From NCBI RefSeq assembly GCF_000018105.1, contig NC_009925.1, positions 4,260,001 through 4,292,000 on the forward strand: DNA of 32,000 bases, in the 5' to 3' direction. Below the pieces are notes generated by a model. The model made no database searches, was not told where the DNA came from, and was given only the letters and a program-made list of their open reading frames with translations. Below, one piece after another: positions 1 to 9,976 of this stretch. Source of the DNA: Acaryochloris marina MBIC11017. Its GTDB lineage: Bacteria > Cyanobacteriota > Cyanobacteriia > Thermosynechococcales > Thermosynechococcaceae. A program made the translations under genes and the position numbers. Within the stretch, counting starts at the first letter, position 1, and every line of letters starts with the position of its first letter.

Positions 1-125
1 CCAAGCTTGTTACGGTTGGTGAGTCGTCTGCGCTGATAGAGAAAGCCTTCTCTGTGGGGGCGAACCCTCAGAAACTTGATGGATTGGAGTTTTCTTTATG
101 GGGTGTAGTCGATGATCACGGATAA
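1..125 (+). CDS. C-terminal end of an unidentified protein (gene enters from upstream of the window)
   Basis: The frame is open from the window edge (codons phased from nt 3): KLVTVGESSALIEKAFSVGANPQKLDGLEFSLWGVVDDHG, with TAA at 123-125. No family recognised. Confidence 0.3.
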   Translation, partial: KLVTVGESSALIEKAFSVGANPQKLDGLEFSLWGVVDDHG

Positions 126-225
126 CCCATTGTTTCACCGAGAGGCGGCTGAAGAGTTGTTGATAATAAACGGAGCAAGCCACCCTATGACCTTCTATAT
201 CAACGTAATTTAGGCAATATTGTTC

Positions 226-597
226 ATGCCAAGACTAACGCGTAAGACACTAATTTCTGTGGGGTGTATTTTCAGCGTGTTAGCTGTCAGCGTTCGCATC
301 TATTACCAACTGATTCCTCATGGCGTAGCGTTTACTCCCTTCACTGAATATTCTCGCCAACTCCCCTCAATTACTGCTCCCAATGGCAAAACTTATGAGG
401 TAGTTGTCAACGATGCTGGAGCGCTGCATTCTGGGAATTATTGGACTTGGGTCATCGACAGCCATTGGTTGACGGGGCGTTACGTTGCAACTGAAGGTTA
501 TCTCACATCAGAGTATGCAACGGGGGACAGACCGCTTACTGTTGAGTGGAATGGAAACGTTCCCAAACTCCCCTTTAAGAAGGAGAGATATGAATAG
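226..597 (+). CDS. small hypothetical protein with hydrophobic N-terminal anchor or signal-like segment
   Basis: Track ORF 220-597 starts at TTG; the first ATG is at 226. N-terminus is MPRLTRKTLISVGCIFSVLAVSV. No family recognised. Confidence 0.45.
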   Translation: MPRLTRKTLISVGCIFSVLAVSVRIYYQLIPHGVAFTPFTEYSRQLPSITAPNGKTYEVVVNDAGALHSGNYWTWVIDSHWLTGRYVATEGYLTSEYATGDRPLTVEWNGNVPKLPFKKERYE

Positions 598-734
598 GAA
601 TTGGTCTGTCAAACCAGATCACCACTCAAGTGCAACCTAACATTGAGATGCATGAGAAATCGAGTGGCTTTACAGGTTTAGCATTGAATGTGTGGCCTGG
701 TATTCTCAGGTGCTAATTTCAGTCTGATTCTGCT

Positions 735-2657
735 TTACTCATCTACGGTGGTGCGGAAACGGAACAGCCCATAGGAATCATTGGGGGCACCTACTCCAGT
801 TGAGTGTGGGAGGCTAGGTAGATTCGGCAGGCCTGTTCCCGTATTGCCCGTTAAATTGAGGACGAACGTTCCATTGCCATTGGGGCCAGCAAGATTACAC
901 TCACTCGGTATCGCTGTATTGGGAGTGGCGTACAGGGCGCGATCACTACTGTCGTTTGCTGCAGTCAACGGTATGACTGCACTGGTTCCTAGCTGAAATT
1001 CTGCATCTCCATTGGATGGAAATGAAACGGGTTGAAAGGTCTGGAACGGCTGTAAGCGATCGCAGATGGTTACGTCAAAAGCAGGTCGCCCCCCAGCATT
1101 GAGAAAGTAAATTGTATATTCAATTTCGTCGCCTGGGCGGACCAACCCTGCAGAGAAAGCGCCTGTTAAGTAATTACTTGGCCAGCCAGCCTCATTGTCA
1201 TTGGTTGTGACATCATCCACAAACTGATTCAGCACCGTATTGTCATTGGGATTAATAGTTCGATTGCCATTGATCGCCGTAATACGTTTGACGAGAACCA
1301 GTTTAGGCGGTGGGAGGGTTGTGGTCTTGGCAATGGACAAGGTTTTGTTATTGGTTGGATCAACTTGCTGATCCATAAAAGATGTCGCTTGAATCTCGGT
1401 GACATCCGACGCATTCGCGCCAGCTAAAGGGGTGACTCGTAAGATAAAACTCTGGGTTTGATTAGGGTTTAGAATTCCCGTATCTAGCTGGCCATCACCA
1501 TCTGTATCGGCCAAAGCATTGCCGCTAGCATCCAGCAACTGGACCGTATAGTTAGCATTGGTGCTAACAGGATTTAGGTTGATAATGTCTGTGGTTAGAA
1601 ATTCATTGGTGACGATAAAAGGATGATCAACCGCTACACCAATCGTTGTTGATAAAGTCGTATCCGGGGTAATTGCAACATCCCCCGCTCGAGTCGGTGG
1701 TTCGTTATAGAGAACTAGACGGTCTCCTGTTCCCGTATTTGCCTCCACAATCATTTGATTGTTGCTGGATAGATTATTAACTCTGAGTCCCCATAACCCA
1801 GCATCAGATAGGGTTAAGCCAGGTATGGTATCGCCTCCGGTATTGAGGTTTCCACCATTATTCCAACGACCGTTGCCAGAGTTAGTACCCGCTATCGTCG
1901 ATCCATTGGGGCGGGTATAGGTTAACGTTCCTCTATTATCGATATCAAAGTTGCGGAGAAACAAACTCCCTGTGCCGGGGCCTACCAAAAAGTAAAACGG
2001 AATGGTTAAGGTGCCCCTCTGATTATGTTGAACAGTCCCCTGATACTGTCCAACTAAGCCTTGGGAGGCTGGGGGTAGGCCAGGGACATCGGGGATATTA
2101 ATCCGAAAGCTATTATCATCGTTATTCAAAGCAGTGGTGTTATCGCCAAAGATCGGTCCCGCACCGGTTTCACTCGTAATTTGGTATGTGCCTGCGGTTG
2201 TGATCGTAAAGTTGACCGTGGTGTTATTGGGACTACCAGAATTGACGGTTTGAGATTGTAGAACCGTATTGCCATCTGCTGTCCGCAGCTGGAACCGAGT
2301 CGGGTCACCAGCGCCTGAGACCTCATCAAGCGCGCCATTGCTCTCAGCATCTTCAACACTGACCGTGACGCTCCCCCCCATGGCCGTAATCATTTCGGGG
2401 GTGATATCGACGACAAATCGGTGAATTCTATCGGTACTGGTGGTGGCTGCACCATTACAAGCCCCGCCACCGCTGCTGCCATTCGTGGTGTACCAGTCTC
2501 CAATATTTGCACAGCGTAAGGGGCCACTAGTTTGAAATTTCAAGCCGTTGGTAACAGGGAGAGTCGTCCCTGTGGCGATAGGAGTGGCTGTTACCCAAGT
2601 CAGCAGGGCCAGCCCCAACCCAACAGCATAATGAAATTGTTGTCGTCTCTTGTTCAT
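735..2657 (-). CDS. large secreted Thr/Asn/Gly-rich surface protein with C-terminal DUF11-type conserved repeat domain
   Basis: Track ORF 735-2789. The internal ATG at 2657 gives MNKRRQQFHYAVGLGLALLTWVTATPIATG, a basic n-region plus hydrophobic core typical of a signal peptide. The C-terminal segment LVLVKRITAINGNR...GLVRPGDEIEYTIYFLNAGGRPAFDVTICDRL matches the conserved-repeat (DUF11-like) pattern. Confidence 0.75.
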   Translation of the reverse strand: MNKRRQQFHYAVGLGLALLTWVTATPIATGTTLPVTNGLKFQTSGPLRCANIGDWYTTNGSSGGGACNGAATTSTDRIHRFVVDITPEMITAMGGSVTVSVEDAESNGALDEVSGAGDPTRFQLRTADGNTVLQSQTVNSGSPNNTTVNFTITTAGTYQITSETGAGPIFGDNTTALNNDDNSFRINIPDVPGLPPASQGLVGQYQGTVQHNQRGTLTIPFYFLVGPGTGSLFLRNFDIDNRGTLTYTRPNGSTIAGTNSGNGRWNNGGNLNTGGDTIPGLTLSDAGLWGLRVNNLSSNNQMIVEANTGTGDRLVLYNEPPTRAGDVAITPDTTLSTTIGVAVDHPFIVTNEFLTTDIINLNPVSTNANYTVQLLDASGNALADTDGDGQLDTGILNPNQTQSFILRVTPLAGANASDVTEIQATSFMDQQVDPTNNKTLSIAKTTTLPPPKLVLVKRITAINGNRTINPNDNTVLNQFVDDVTTNDNEAGWPSNYLTGAFSAGLVRPGDEIEYTIYFLNAGGRPAFDVTICDRLQPFQTFQPVSFPSNGDAEFQLGTSAVIPLTAANDSSDRALYATPNTAIPSECNLAGPNGNGTFVLNLTGNTGTGLPNLPSLPHSTGVGAPNDSYGLFRFRTTVDE

Positions 2658-3631
2658 CGTTGAAAGAGTGGTGTTGTTCTTGCAATGGCCAGTGGAAGCC
2701 CAATCTGCTATTGAGTCCCAAAGCGTGAGCAGATACAATTCTGGGCAGCAGTAACTAAGGCTGAAGACTTCTCCGAGCCAAAGCCGCATTCATCTGGCAG
2801 TACGCTAGATTGAAAAATTGAAATTCATAAAATAACCGAACAAAACAAGCTGTTTTGTTCTCACCCCTCTATTACATATTTTTGATGTCTTGCGAACAAC
2901 AGATATTATTGTTCGATTGCCATATTTTGTTGCAACTACTCTTAGTATGCTCAATATTTATGATTTTCAAATCATAGAAAATACTGATTTTATTGAGGTT
3001 AATAAATAACTTTCCTAAAGGTGAATAGCAAATGCACCATGCCGTGTCATCCCAGAAAATACTGAATTTCTGAGATACAATCACGCTGCTCGATCGGTCC
3101 GCAACAAGGAATGTACGGATCTAGAGACGGTTCTTCAGTTTAGGGAGTCTTCGCTGATGGCATCGAACTCGTTTGTAGCGGAGCAAACCGTTCCAACTTG
3201 AGGGATAAAGAAGGAACAAGTTTATGAGAGAGGCCTAAAGCGTTACTCATCTGGCGAGACAGATGAAAACTGTCTGACTCTCTAACAGTATGGCTAGAGC
3301 TTGTATACAAACATGTTTTATTTATGATTTGAATCTGTATATTTTTGAACACCAATTCAAAAAATAGTGATCACCAATAAAAATATAGAAGAATTAAATG
3401 AATAGGGTGACTCCAATACATGATGACTGAGTATAACTGTCCCAATGATAGATATTAATACTGTCGAGAATCGGATACATTGTGGGACTGTCTACTATGT
3501 TGAAAGTGCTCCAGGGAGTAGAGTCTGACCCTAGTGAATTGGATGGTTTCCATCTTGGATGAGCGGATAGCCTTCATGTCTTGCCCTATCAGTAGTCAAG
3601 AACGAGGAGAACAGCAGCATACGAGGCTGAT

Positions 3632-5125
3632 CTAGGCCTTTCCTAGGAAAGGTTGAAGATTGAGGTAGGGGGCGATGGCATCGGTGACTTGGTCCAGCAT
3701 ATGGTCTCGATAGACTTTATAATTTGGAATTGCAAGGGGGAGAGGAAGCAAATTTTTCTGGGCTCGCAACTGATTCAACCACACGCGTCGCCATGGCCCA
3801 TTGTTAAAGATTCCGTGTAAATAGGTTCCTAAGATGCGATGGTTACAACTCACTACGCCTAACGCTGGATCATCAAACCATGCTTGCACTGCTTCTGGTT
3901 GTAACACTTGGGTTTGACCTTGATGAATTTCATAGCCTTGTATCGTTCTCGCATCTTCGCCTAAAGCGGAACAGTCGGATGGCAACGTGATTTGAGCTTG
4001 ACGCTGACGAGTAATCTTGTCCCCAGACATAGTGGTCTGGAGGGGGAGTAGCCCTAGCCCGGCAAATTCACCGGGTGGGCCTTCGGTGCCCATTGGATCT
4101 GAGATGGTTTGACCCAACATTTGCAAGCCCCCACAGATCCCTAAGACCATGCCTCCTGCTTGGCTATAGGCACGAAGTTGATCCGCCATACTTGAGACCT
4201 GGAGCTGCTGTAGGTCTGAAATAGTGGTTTTAGACCCTGGCACAATGACGGCATCGGGCTGGCCTAAGGGTTGATTTGGGCCAACAAACTGTAAACGCAC
4301 TGAGGGTTCAGCTTCCAGTGGATCAAAATCCGTGAAATTTGAGATGCGAGGTAGACGGATAACTGCAATGGTTACCTCGGCATTGGGTTTGGTTCGACGT
4401 CGTTCAAAGAGATCTAAGGAGTCTTCGGCTGGCAAAGAATGCTCTAGCCAGGGAATTACGCCCACCACGGGAATACCAGTTCGCTCTTCCAGCCAGGTAA
4501 TACCGGATTCCAGCAGCGATCGCTGTCCACGAAATTTATTAATCACAAATCCTTTAATTAGGGCGCGTTCGTCGGGGTCCAGCAGTTCTAAGGTGCCGAC
4601 AATATGAGCAAACACACCGCCTCGATCAATATCTGCGACTAATAAGGTGGGGGCATTAAGATGTTTGGCAACCCGCATATTCGTGAGATCACGATGTTTG
4701 AGGTTAATCTCAGCAGGACTACCGGCTCCTTCGCAAACAATCCAATCAAATTCTTGCTGGAGGGTGACTAATGCGGTTGTAATGGCCTGCCAACCCCGAT
4801 CAAAATAATCCCGGTAGTAATCGGCCGCCTGGGTTCGACCGACGGCTTTGCCATTGAGGATTACCTGGGAGGTCATATCTCCCTGGGGTTTCAGCAAAAT
4901 GGGGTTCATTTCTACCCGAGGTTCGAGACCGGCAGCCCAGGCTTGAACAGCTTGGGCATGGCCAATTTCATCCCCAGCATTGGTGACGTAGGCATTGAGG
5001 GCCATATTTTGCCCTTTAAAAGGGGTAACTTGATAGCCCTTGCGCTTGAGCATTCGGCAGATCACCGCTGCCATGATCGATTTCCCAGCATGGGAGGTGG
5101 TTCCGACCACCATAATGGCGCCCAT
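3632..5125 (-). CDS. cobQ: cobyric acid synthase CobQ
   Basis: N-terminal MGAIMVVGTTSHAGKS P-loop, DIDRGGVFA, and a C-terminal glutamine amidotransferase part with LGICGGLQMLG and GTYLHGIF. The preferred ATG at 5125 overlaps the upstream gene's stop in a TAATG junction. The track ORF extends to 5155. Confidence 0.93.
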   Translation of the reverse strand: MGAIMVVGTTSHAGKSIMAAVICRMLKRKGYQVTPFKGQNMALNAYVTNAGDEIGHAQAVQAWAAGLEPRVEMNPILLKPQGDMTSQVILNGKAVGRTQAADYYRDYFDRGWQAITTALVTLQQEFDWIVCEGAGSPAEINLKHRDLTNMRVAKHLNAPTLLVADIDRGGVFAHIVGTLELLDPDERALIKGFVINKFRGQRSLLESGITWLEERTGIPVVGVIPWLEHSLPAEDSLDLFERRRTKPNAEVTIAVIRLPRISNFTDFDPLEAEPSVRLQFVGPNQPLGQPDAVIVPGSKTTISDLQQLQVSSMADQLRAYSQAGGMVLGICGGLQMLGQTISDPMGTEGPPGEFAGLGLLPLQTTMSGDKITRQRQAQITLPSDCSALGEDARTIQGYEIHQGQTQVLQPEAVQAWFDDPALGVVSCNHRILGTYLHGIFNNGPWRRVWLNQLRAQKNLLPLPLAIPNYKVYRDHMLDQVTDAIAPYLNLQPFLGKA

Positions 5126-5502
5126 TAAACGGGGATGCGGACCCAGCGCTGACAAAGGTTTTGGAATCGGTCTGAAAGGGAAGGCTTTGGAATATCTTTA
5201 CCCTGATGCTGCCATTGATCAATTAACTGGCGGCCCAAGGGCGTGAGGCGAAAACTGTCTGTCAGGCCCTGACCATCGACTTCTCGACGTAGAAGCCCCA
5301 CCTGGATCAGCCACAGTAAGGTATCTTCGGCTTGCCGTTCAGAGAGGGCTGTTTGGGTATAACCTGCGGTAACGCCACTGAGATCGCACATGTCTTGTAG
5401 GGATACACTTTGCGATCGCATCGTTGTCAATAAATGAATCGTAAAAGGACTGCAAGCCACAGCCCGGACAGCGCGGTTAATGGTAGAACGGGGATAATGC
5501 AT
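5125..5502 (-). CDS. conserved hypothetical protein, translationally coupled to cobQ
   Basis: 125-aa ORF with ATG start. Its stop overlaps the cobQ ATG (TAATG). The central LLWLIQVGLLRREVDGQGLTDSFRLTPLGRQL looks winged-helix-like. No family assigned with certainty. Confidence 0.55.
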   Translation of the reverse strand: MHYPRSTINRAVRAVACSPFTIHLLTTMRSQSVSLQDMCDLSGVTAGYTQTALSERQAEDTLLWLIQVGLLRREVDGQGLTDSFRLTPLGRQLIDQWQHQGKDIPKPSLSDRFQNLCQRWVRIPV

Positions 5503-5541
5503 GAATAGAGCGGACAGACTATACCTTAACTGTAATCCGAA

Positions 5542-6777
5542 TTAGGTAGAAGATAATTCAGGATTCGCTGGGTCAGTAGCCGGTTCGCTAGTTTCTGGGG
5601 CAACGAAAGCTGTAGGTAACCCTTCCGGCAGAGCCGTGGTATCGTCTTGTTCCGTTGCTGCTCCCGTTGAATCGAGCTGCTGCTTGGCGGCTTGCCATAA
5701 AGCTTCCAATTCTTCAAAAGAATGCTCTGCCAGAGGCTTGGTTGTTTGAGACTCAATATTAGCGATGCGATCAATCAGTTTCTTATTCGTACTTCGCAGA
5801 GCAGAGGTGGGATCGAGCTGGCACCACCGCGCCACATTTACCAGGGTAAAGAAGAGATCCCCCAACTCCGAGAGCTGATGTTCTGTATCGCTTTGCAGCA
5901 AAGATTCCTGAAATTCAGCCAGTTCCTCGTAGAACTTCGTCCAAACATCATTAAGATCTTGCCATTCTAGTCCAGCGGCAGCTGCCTTTTCGGACAGTTT
6001 TAACCCTGCCATTAAAGGCGGCAAGCTACGGGTATATCGCTGCATCTTGTCACTCAACGCCTGGGATTGATCAGCCGATTCACCTTTTTCGGCAGCTTTG
6101 ATCTCTTCCCAATTGGCCCGCACTTCCTCAATGCTGTTGGCTTCCACATCCGCGAAGACATGGGGATGGCGACGAATCAGCTTTTTGGTAATGCCTTGGG
6201 CAATTTCTTCCAAACTAAACTGGTCTTGCTCGCAAGCAATTTGGGCTTGTAGAACCACCTGCAAAAGTAAATCGCCTAACTCTTCGGCAATGGCCTCTGT
6301 ACTGCCGGACTGAATGGCGTCGATAGTTTCGTAAGCTTCTTCAATAATGTAGGGAGTGAGACTTTGGGGGGTTTGCTCTAGATCCCAGGGGCAGCCTCCA
6401 TCGGGGGACCTTAACTTAGCCACTACTTCCACCAGCTGCTGAACGGCGATCGTCACTGCAGAGACCTGGGCAGGCAAGTACACATTGGCTGGGTAGGAAA
6501 TGCCCTTCTTCTCTCCAATTTTCCCTAGGGTTGTTTGCGACAGTTGCGGCTCTTCAGCCGTTAGCTCGCCCACAATACTGACGGGATAATCTAAAGGGAA
6601 CGCGGCTTGCAGGGCTGCATGTAACGTCCGCATCATCGAGGCAGACTCAACCTGAGTAATTAGTATGGGAACGTGGAGCTGGACGCCCTCAGTCAAGACA
6701 CTGGCTGCCGTGACGATTTGCAATCTGGCGGGAGTTTCGGGACTAGGCATGGCATCACAATTGTGAGGGCTAACCAT
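5542..6777 (-). CDS. mazG: nucleoside triphosphate pyrophosphohydrolase, MazG family, with N- and C-terminal extensions
   Basis: Two tandem MazG repeats: EEAYETIDAI...EELGDLLLQVVLQAQ and YEELAEFQESL...ELGDLFFTLVNVARW. RRHPHVF motif present. About 100 aa N-terminal extension and an acidic, Thr-rich C-terminal tail. Confidence 0.85.
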   Translation of the reverse strand: MVSPHNCDAMPSPETPARLQIVTAASVLTEGVQLHVPILITQVESASMMRTLHAALQAAFPLDYPVSIVGELTAEEPQLSQTTLGKIGEKKGISYPANVYLPAQVSAVTIAVQQLVEVVAKLRSPDGGCPWDLEQTPQSLTPYIIEEAYETIDAIQSGSTEAIAEELGDLLLQVVLQAQIACEQDQFSLEEIAQGITKKLIRRHPHVFADVEANSIEEVRANWEEIKAAEKGESADQSQALSDKMQRYTRSLPPLMAGLKLSEKAAAAGLEWQDLNDVWTKFYEELAEFQESLLQSDTEHQLSELGDLFFTLVNVARWCQLDPTSALRSTNKKLIDRIANIESQTTKPLAEHSFEELEALWQAAKQQLDSTGAATEQDDTTALPEGLPTAFVAPETSEPATDPANPELSST

Positions 6778-6855
6778 ATGATGCGTTATTTACCAGTTAT
6801 ATAGCCAGTAATTCAAGCGAAGTGATAAAGATTACTGACAACGAAGGTGAAAACA

Positions 6856-7371
6856 TTACAGTTTGAGCCGTTTTAATGTTGACTTGCATAGCGATCCAAG
6901 GCCATCACTAAAAGAATGGCTCATAGCTCCTATTTCTAGTCCGAGTAAAATAGCTAGCCCTTCGGGCAGATATTGCTGGCTATACAGCTTTGCCTGTTGC
7001 AAGAGTTGTTGACGATTCACAGGAACGCCCCAAACTTGGGAGAGCAAGAGTCCTGCTAGCATGGCCCCCAACCCGAGCCAGACGCCTAGGTAAACCAATC
7101 TTAGTATCGTGCCAATAATGGGGCCATGAGATAGCCAGGATCGATGGTGTAATACCTTGCGGTAGGGTAGCCAAATGACTCGCAGCCATCCCCACCGTTT
7201 GTATTGGATGGAGTAGATATCGAGATCCGGGCCAAACATCAACCCACTGAATAGAAAGGCACCACTGAGACTGAGGGTCAGGCTTGCACTCCGACTTAAC
7301 ACTAGGGCAACGATAGCAATACCAGGAAGCATCCCTAAGGTGATTTGATCATGGGTGCGACCGGAGGGCAT
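6856..7371 (-). CDS. integral membrane protein, DUF2227-like putative metal-binding protein
   Basis: 171 aa with an MPSGRTHDQITLG start, several hydrophobic helices and an HHRSWLSHGPIIG motif. Family assignment is from memory only. Confidence 0.6.
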   Translation of the reverse strand: MPSGRTHDQITLGMLPGIAIVALVLSRSASLTLSLSGAFLFSGLMFGPDLDIYSIQYKRWGWLRVIWLPYRKVLHHRSWLSHGPIIGTILRLVYLGVWLGLGAMLAGLLLSQVWGVPVNRQQLLQQAKLYSQQYLPEGLAILLGLEIGAMSHSFSDGLGSLCKSTLKRLKL

Positions 7372-7477
7372 AAGAGAAAACGGAGCAAAGTTGCATCCAT
7401 TATGCTGGATTTGTTGGATTTGTGGGTAAACCTGGCAACAGTCTGCTACAATACATTTTCGATTGCTTCAATCGTAA

Positions 7478-7552
<75 letters not shown>

Positions 7553-7664
7553 GGCTGTAAAACTATTCTGGTGAGGCTTGAAGGCTTTTATAACTAGCTT
7601 TCAGGTTTGTTTTATGTGAATCTCCACATCAAATTCATGTCCGTTAAAGCTGGTTAGTTCCTAC

Positions 7665-7690
7665 AAGTGGCCGGAAGAAGTGGCCGGAAG
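7665..7690 (+). repeat. tandem 13-bp repeat aagtggccggaag x2; candidate arm-type recombinase binding sites on the attL side
   Basis: Perfect tandem duplication that ends 9 nt upstream of the integrase start. The same TGGCCGGA(A) core recurs twice with the same 13-bp period at 23408-23429. Confidence 0.6.
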
Positions 7691-7699
7691 GATTAGCCC

Positions 7700-8845
7700 G
7701 TGAGAAGAAATAGTAGAGATAAAGTCCAGGTCACCGATGATCGAGGGATGATTAGACTCAGGTGGACACAACCTGGGGGTCAACGTACAAGTCTAAATCT
7801 TGGATTGGAACATACTAGAGAGAATATTGTTTATGCCAATGGCATTGCTAGACAGATAGAAGGAGATATGAGATGTGGTCAGTACGATATTTCAAAGAAT
7901 AAGTATAGACCCAAAACTATTGGTCATTCCGGCCTAAGCTGTTTTGAACTGTTTGAGAAGTTCACCAGGTACAAACACAACGAGGGTTTAATCTCCGCCC
8001 GGTCTGTAGAAACACGATATGCTCCAATTGCCACGCTTCTAAAGCAATGGCTGAATAAGCCTGCTCATGATGTTTCGCGAAAAGACACTGAGAACCTTAA
8101 AGCTGTAATGCTCGAACGCTGTATTGAGAGGACTGTCAAAGAGCGATTATGGATGATGAAGAGTTGTTGGGAGTGGGCTAAAGAATGCCAACACCTGGTG
8201 GGGGATAATCCTTGGATAGGATTAACAGCTTCAATTAAAGTTCAGCCAAGCCAAAGGCAAAAGCCATTCACTACGGTGGAGATAATAGCAATTCTAGAAG
8301 CATTTAAGCATCACCGCCATTATTCTCATTACGCTGATTTTGTTTATTTTTTATTTGGGGTAGCTACTCGACCGGGTGAAGCTATTGCATTGCAATGGAA
8401 TCATTTTGGCTCAGACTTTCAGACGGCTTGGATTGGAGAATCCATGAGCAAAGGACAGCGAAAGAGCACTAAAACCGGGAAAGCAAGGACTATAGTTTTG
8501 TCGAGTAGCATCCAGGTTATGCTCCAGCGCAGATGCCAAGAGCTACAGCCTGATAAGTATGATTTAGTTTTTCCCAGTCCGAAGGGGCTACCGATTTGTG
8601 AACGCAACTTTCGTGAAAGAGCTTGGAAAACAATTCTTGATCAATGTCACATTGATTATCGAAGGCCATATGTAATGAGACATACAGCTATTTCTCATGC
8701 TTTGGCTAATGGCGCTGATCCTGTCAGCGTTGCTGAGCAATCTGGACACAATAAGCGTGTACTTCTGGATACTTACGCTCATGTAATCAAGCCCCAAAGC
8801 GTATTTGTGGAGTTTTCAGGCACAATAACCAACCCTCGTGCCTAA
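7700..8845 (+). CDS. int: tyrosine recombinase / phage-type integrase
   Basis: Catalytic pattern: ATRPGEAIALQW (Arg box), VMRHTAISHAL (H-x-x-R) and GHNKRVLLDTYAHV (His...Tyr). The N-terminal KVQVTDDRGMIRLRW...LNLGL resembles an arm-binding/SAM-like N-domain. Starts at GTG 7700; the first in-frame ATG is 16 codons downstream. Confidence 0.92.
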   Translation: MRRNSRDKVQVTDDRGMIRLRWTQPGGQRTSLNLGLEHTRENIVYANGIARQIEGDMRCGQYDISKNKYRPKTIGHSGLSCFELFEKFTRYKHNEGLISARSVETRYAPIATLLKQWLNKPAHDVSRKDTENLKAVMLERCIERTVKERLWMMKSCWEWAKECQHLVGDNPWIGLTASIKVQPSQRQKPFTTVEIIAILEAFKHHRHYSHYADFVYFLFGVATRPGEAIALQWNHFGSDFQTAWIGESMSKGQRKSTKTGKARTIVLSSSIQVMLQRRCQELQPDKYDLVFPSPKGLPICERNFRERAWKTILDQCHIDYRRPYVMRHTAISHALANGADPVSVAEQSGHNKRVLLDTYAHVIKPQSVFVEFSGTITNPRA

Positions 8846-8889
8846 TACTGGTCGTTCTAACTTAGACGTGGATTAATTGAGTTGACCTC

Positions 8890-9777
8890 ATGGATAGCAA
8901 TATTACCCAGCAGAAATTTGTACTGAAACTTTTGTATTGGCCTTACAACGGCTTTAATTACCTAGTTCCACATAAATCAGCATTTGATCAGATTGTAAGA
9001 ATCCTTCCTGATGAAGAGTCGAGGGAAAGTTTTATGGTGATACATAACTTATCTCTTGACGAGTTGGGGGAAGCTCTAAAGAAGCCTCTAGAACGCAAGA
9101 AGGCTGATCTTTTTTGCTCACTGGCCAAAATTGTTGAATTCCCTTTTGATGAGTTTTATCTCAGAGAACTTAATCTTCAATATTTTCATTCGGTTATACC
9201 GACTCAGCTGAGAACTGAAAAACAAGTCTATGATTCGATCTCTCATTTGGACCTTGAGAAAGTAGGTTTTCCTCCACCCATAGGACCACCACCAAAGGTC
9301 TTCATCGATATAGATTTATTCCCCTTATATGGAGAGTGCCTGAGATCTAATTATGCTTGCATGATTAAGGCAAATAAAAAGGCAGAGGCCAATCAAGACG
9401 TCAAGAGATTATTCCAAGAAATCTTTGACGTGCAGAAGCGGTTGTCACGCTTATCCAGATCTGAATCTGCCGTTACAGGTGAGTTGTGCCCGAGCATTTG
9501 TAAGAATTGTGGGAAATATCAAGTTTTCGAGCGAGGAAAAGGGCGTGGTATACCTGAGTTTTGCGATGAGTGCAAAGATGATTGCTTGAGAGTGAGAAAC
9601 AATGGGAAGCGCCGGAAATCCAACAATGGTTGGAAAGTGGCTTTTGATGGGAGCCCCAGAACATGTCAATCCTACCGATATCGTGACACTTACTCAGATT
9701 CTTGCCAGGGGGCACGGAGACAAGTGAACAAAGATTTTATATGCAAATCCTGCTTCATCGCATACCAAAATCAGTAG
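8890..9777 (+). CDS. hypothetical protein with C-terminal Cys-rich zinc-ribbon region
   Basis: 295-aa ORF with ATG start. C-terminal CPSICKNCGKYQ...FCDECKDDC plus further Cys pairs (CQSYRYRDTYSDSC, CKSC). No family recognised. Confidence 0.6.
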   Translation: MDSNITQQKFVLKLLYWPYNGFNYLVPHKSAFDQIVRILPDEESRESFMVIHNLSLDELGEALKKPLERKKADLFCSLAKIVEFPFDEFYLRELNLQYFHSVIPTQLRTEKQVYDSISHLDLEKVGFPPPIGPPPKVFIDIDLFPLYGECLRSNYACMIKANKKAEANQDVKRLFQEIFDVQKRLSRLSRSESAVTGELCPSICKNCGKYQVFERGKGRGIPEFCDECKDDCLRVRNNGKRRKSNNGWKVAFDGSPRTCQSYRYRDTYSDSCQGARRQVNKDFICKSCFIAYQNQ

Positions 9778-9976
9778 ACTACGAATTTTGTTATTTCGAT
9801 TGCAGAAAATCTGCAACCATTTGCTGATGGACTCGCTTAAATAGGATTTATAAGTCCTAAGGTCTCACCAGAGCCAAAAGGATTACGGTCAAAAAAATTG
9901 TTATCCGGTAGTGCCAGCTCGCCAAAGTCGCCACTACCGGCATGTCACACAATCCAAATCCATTGGAGGATTTTTC

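Noticed and set aside
4332-5246. Several 60-90-aa ORFs on the opposite strand or in other frames of cobQ (4332-4607, 4943-5128, 5016-5222, 5040-5246)
   Set aside because: They are fully embedded in a confidently identified gene and have no start context or recognisable motifs. They are typical shadow ORFs.
5126-5541. Looked for a cobalamin riboswitch upstream of cobQ
   Set aside because: cobQ is translationally coupled (TAATG) to the upstream 125-aa gene. I could not find a B12-box-like GCCACTG element or the conserved stems in 5503-5541 or in the spacer at 2658-3631.
5526-6313. Alternative-frame and antisense ORFs inside mazG (5526-5774, 5722-5970, 6067-6252, 6098-6313)
   Set aside because: They are shadow ORFs of a gene with clear MazG repeats.
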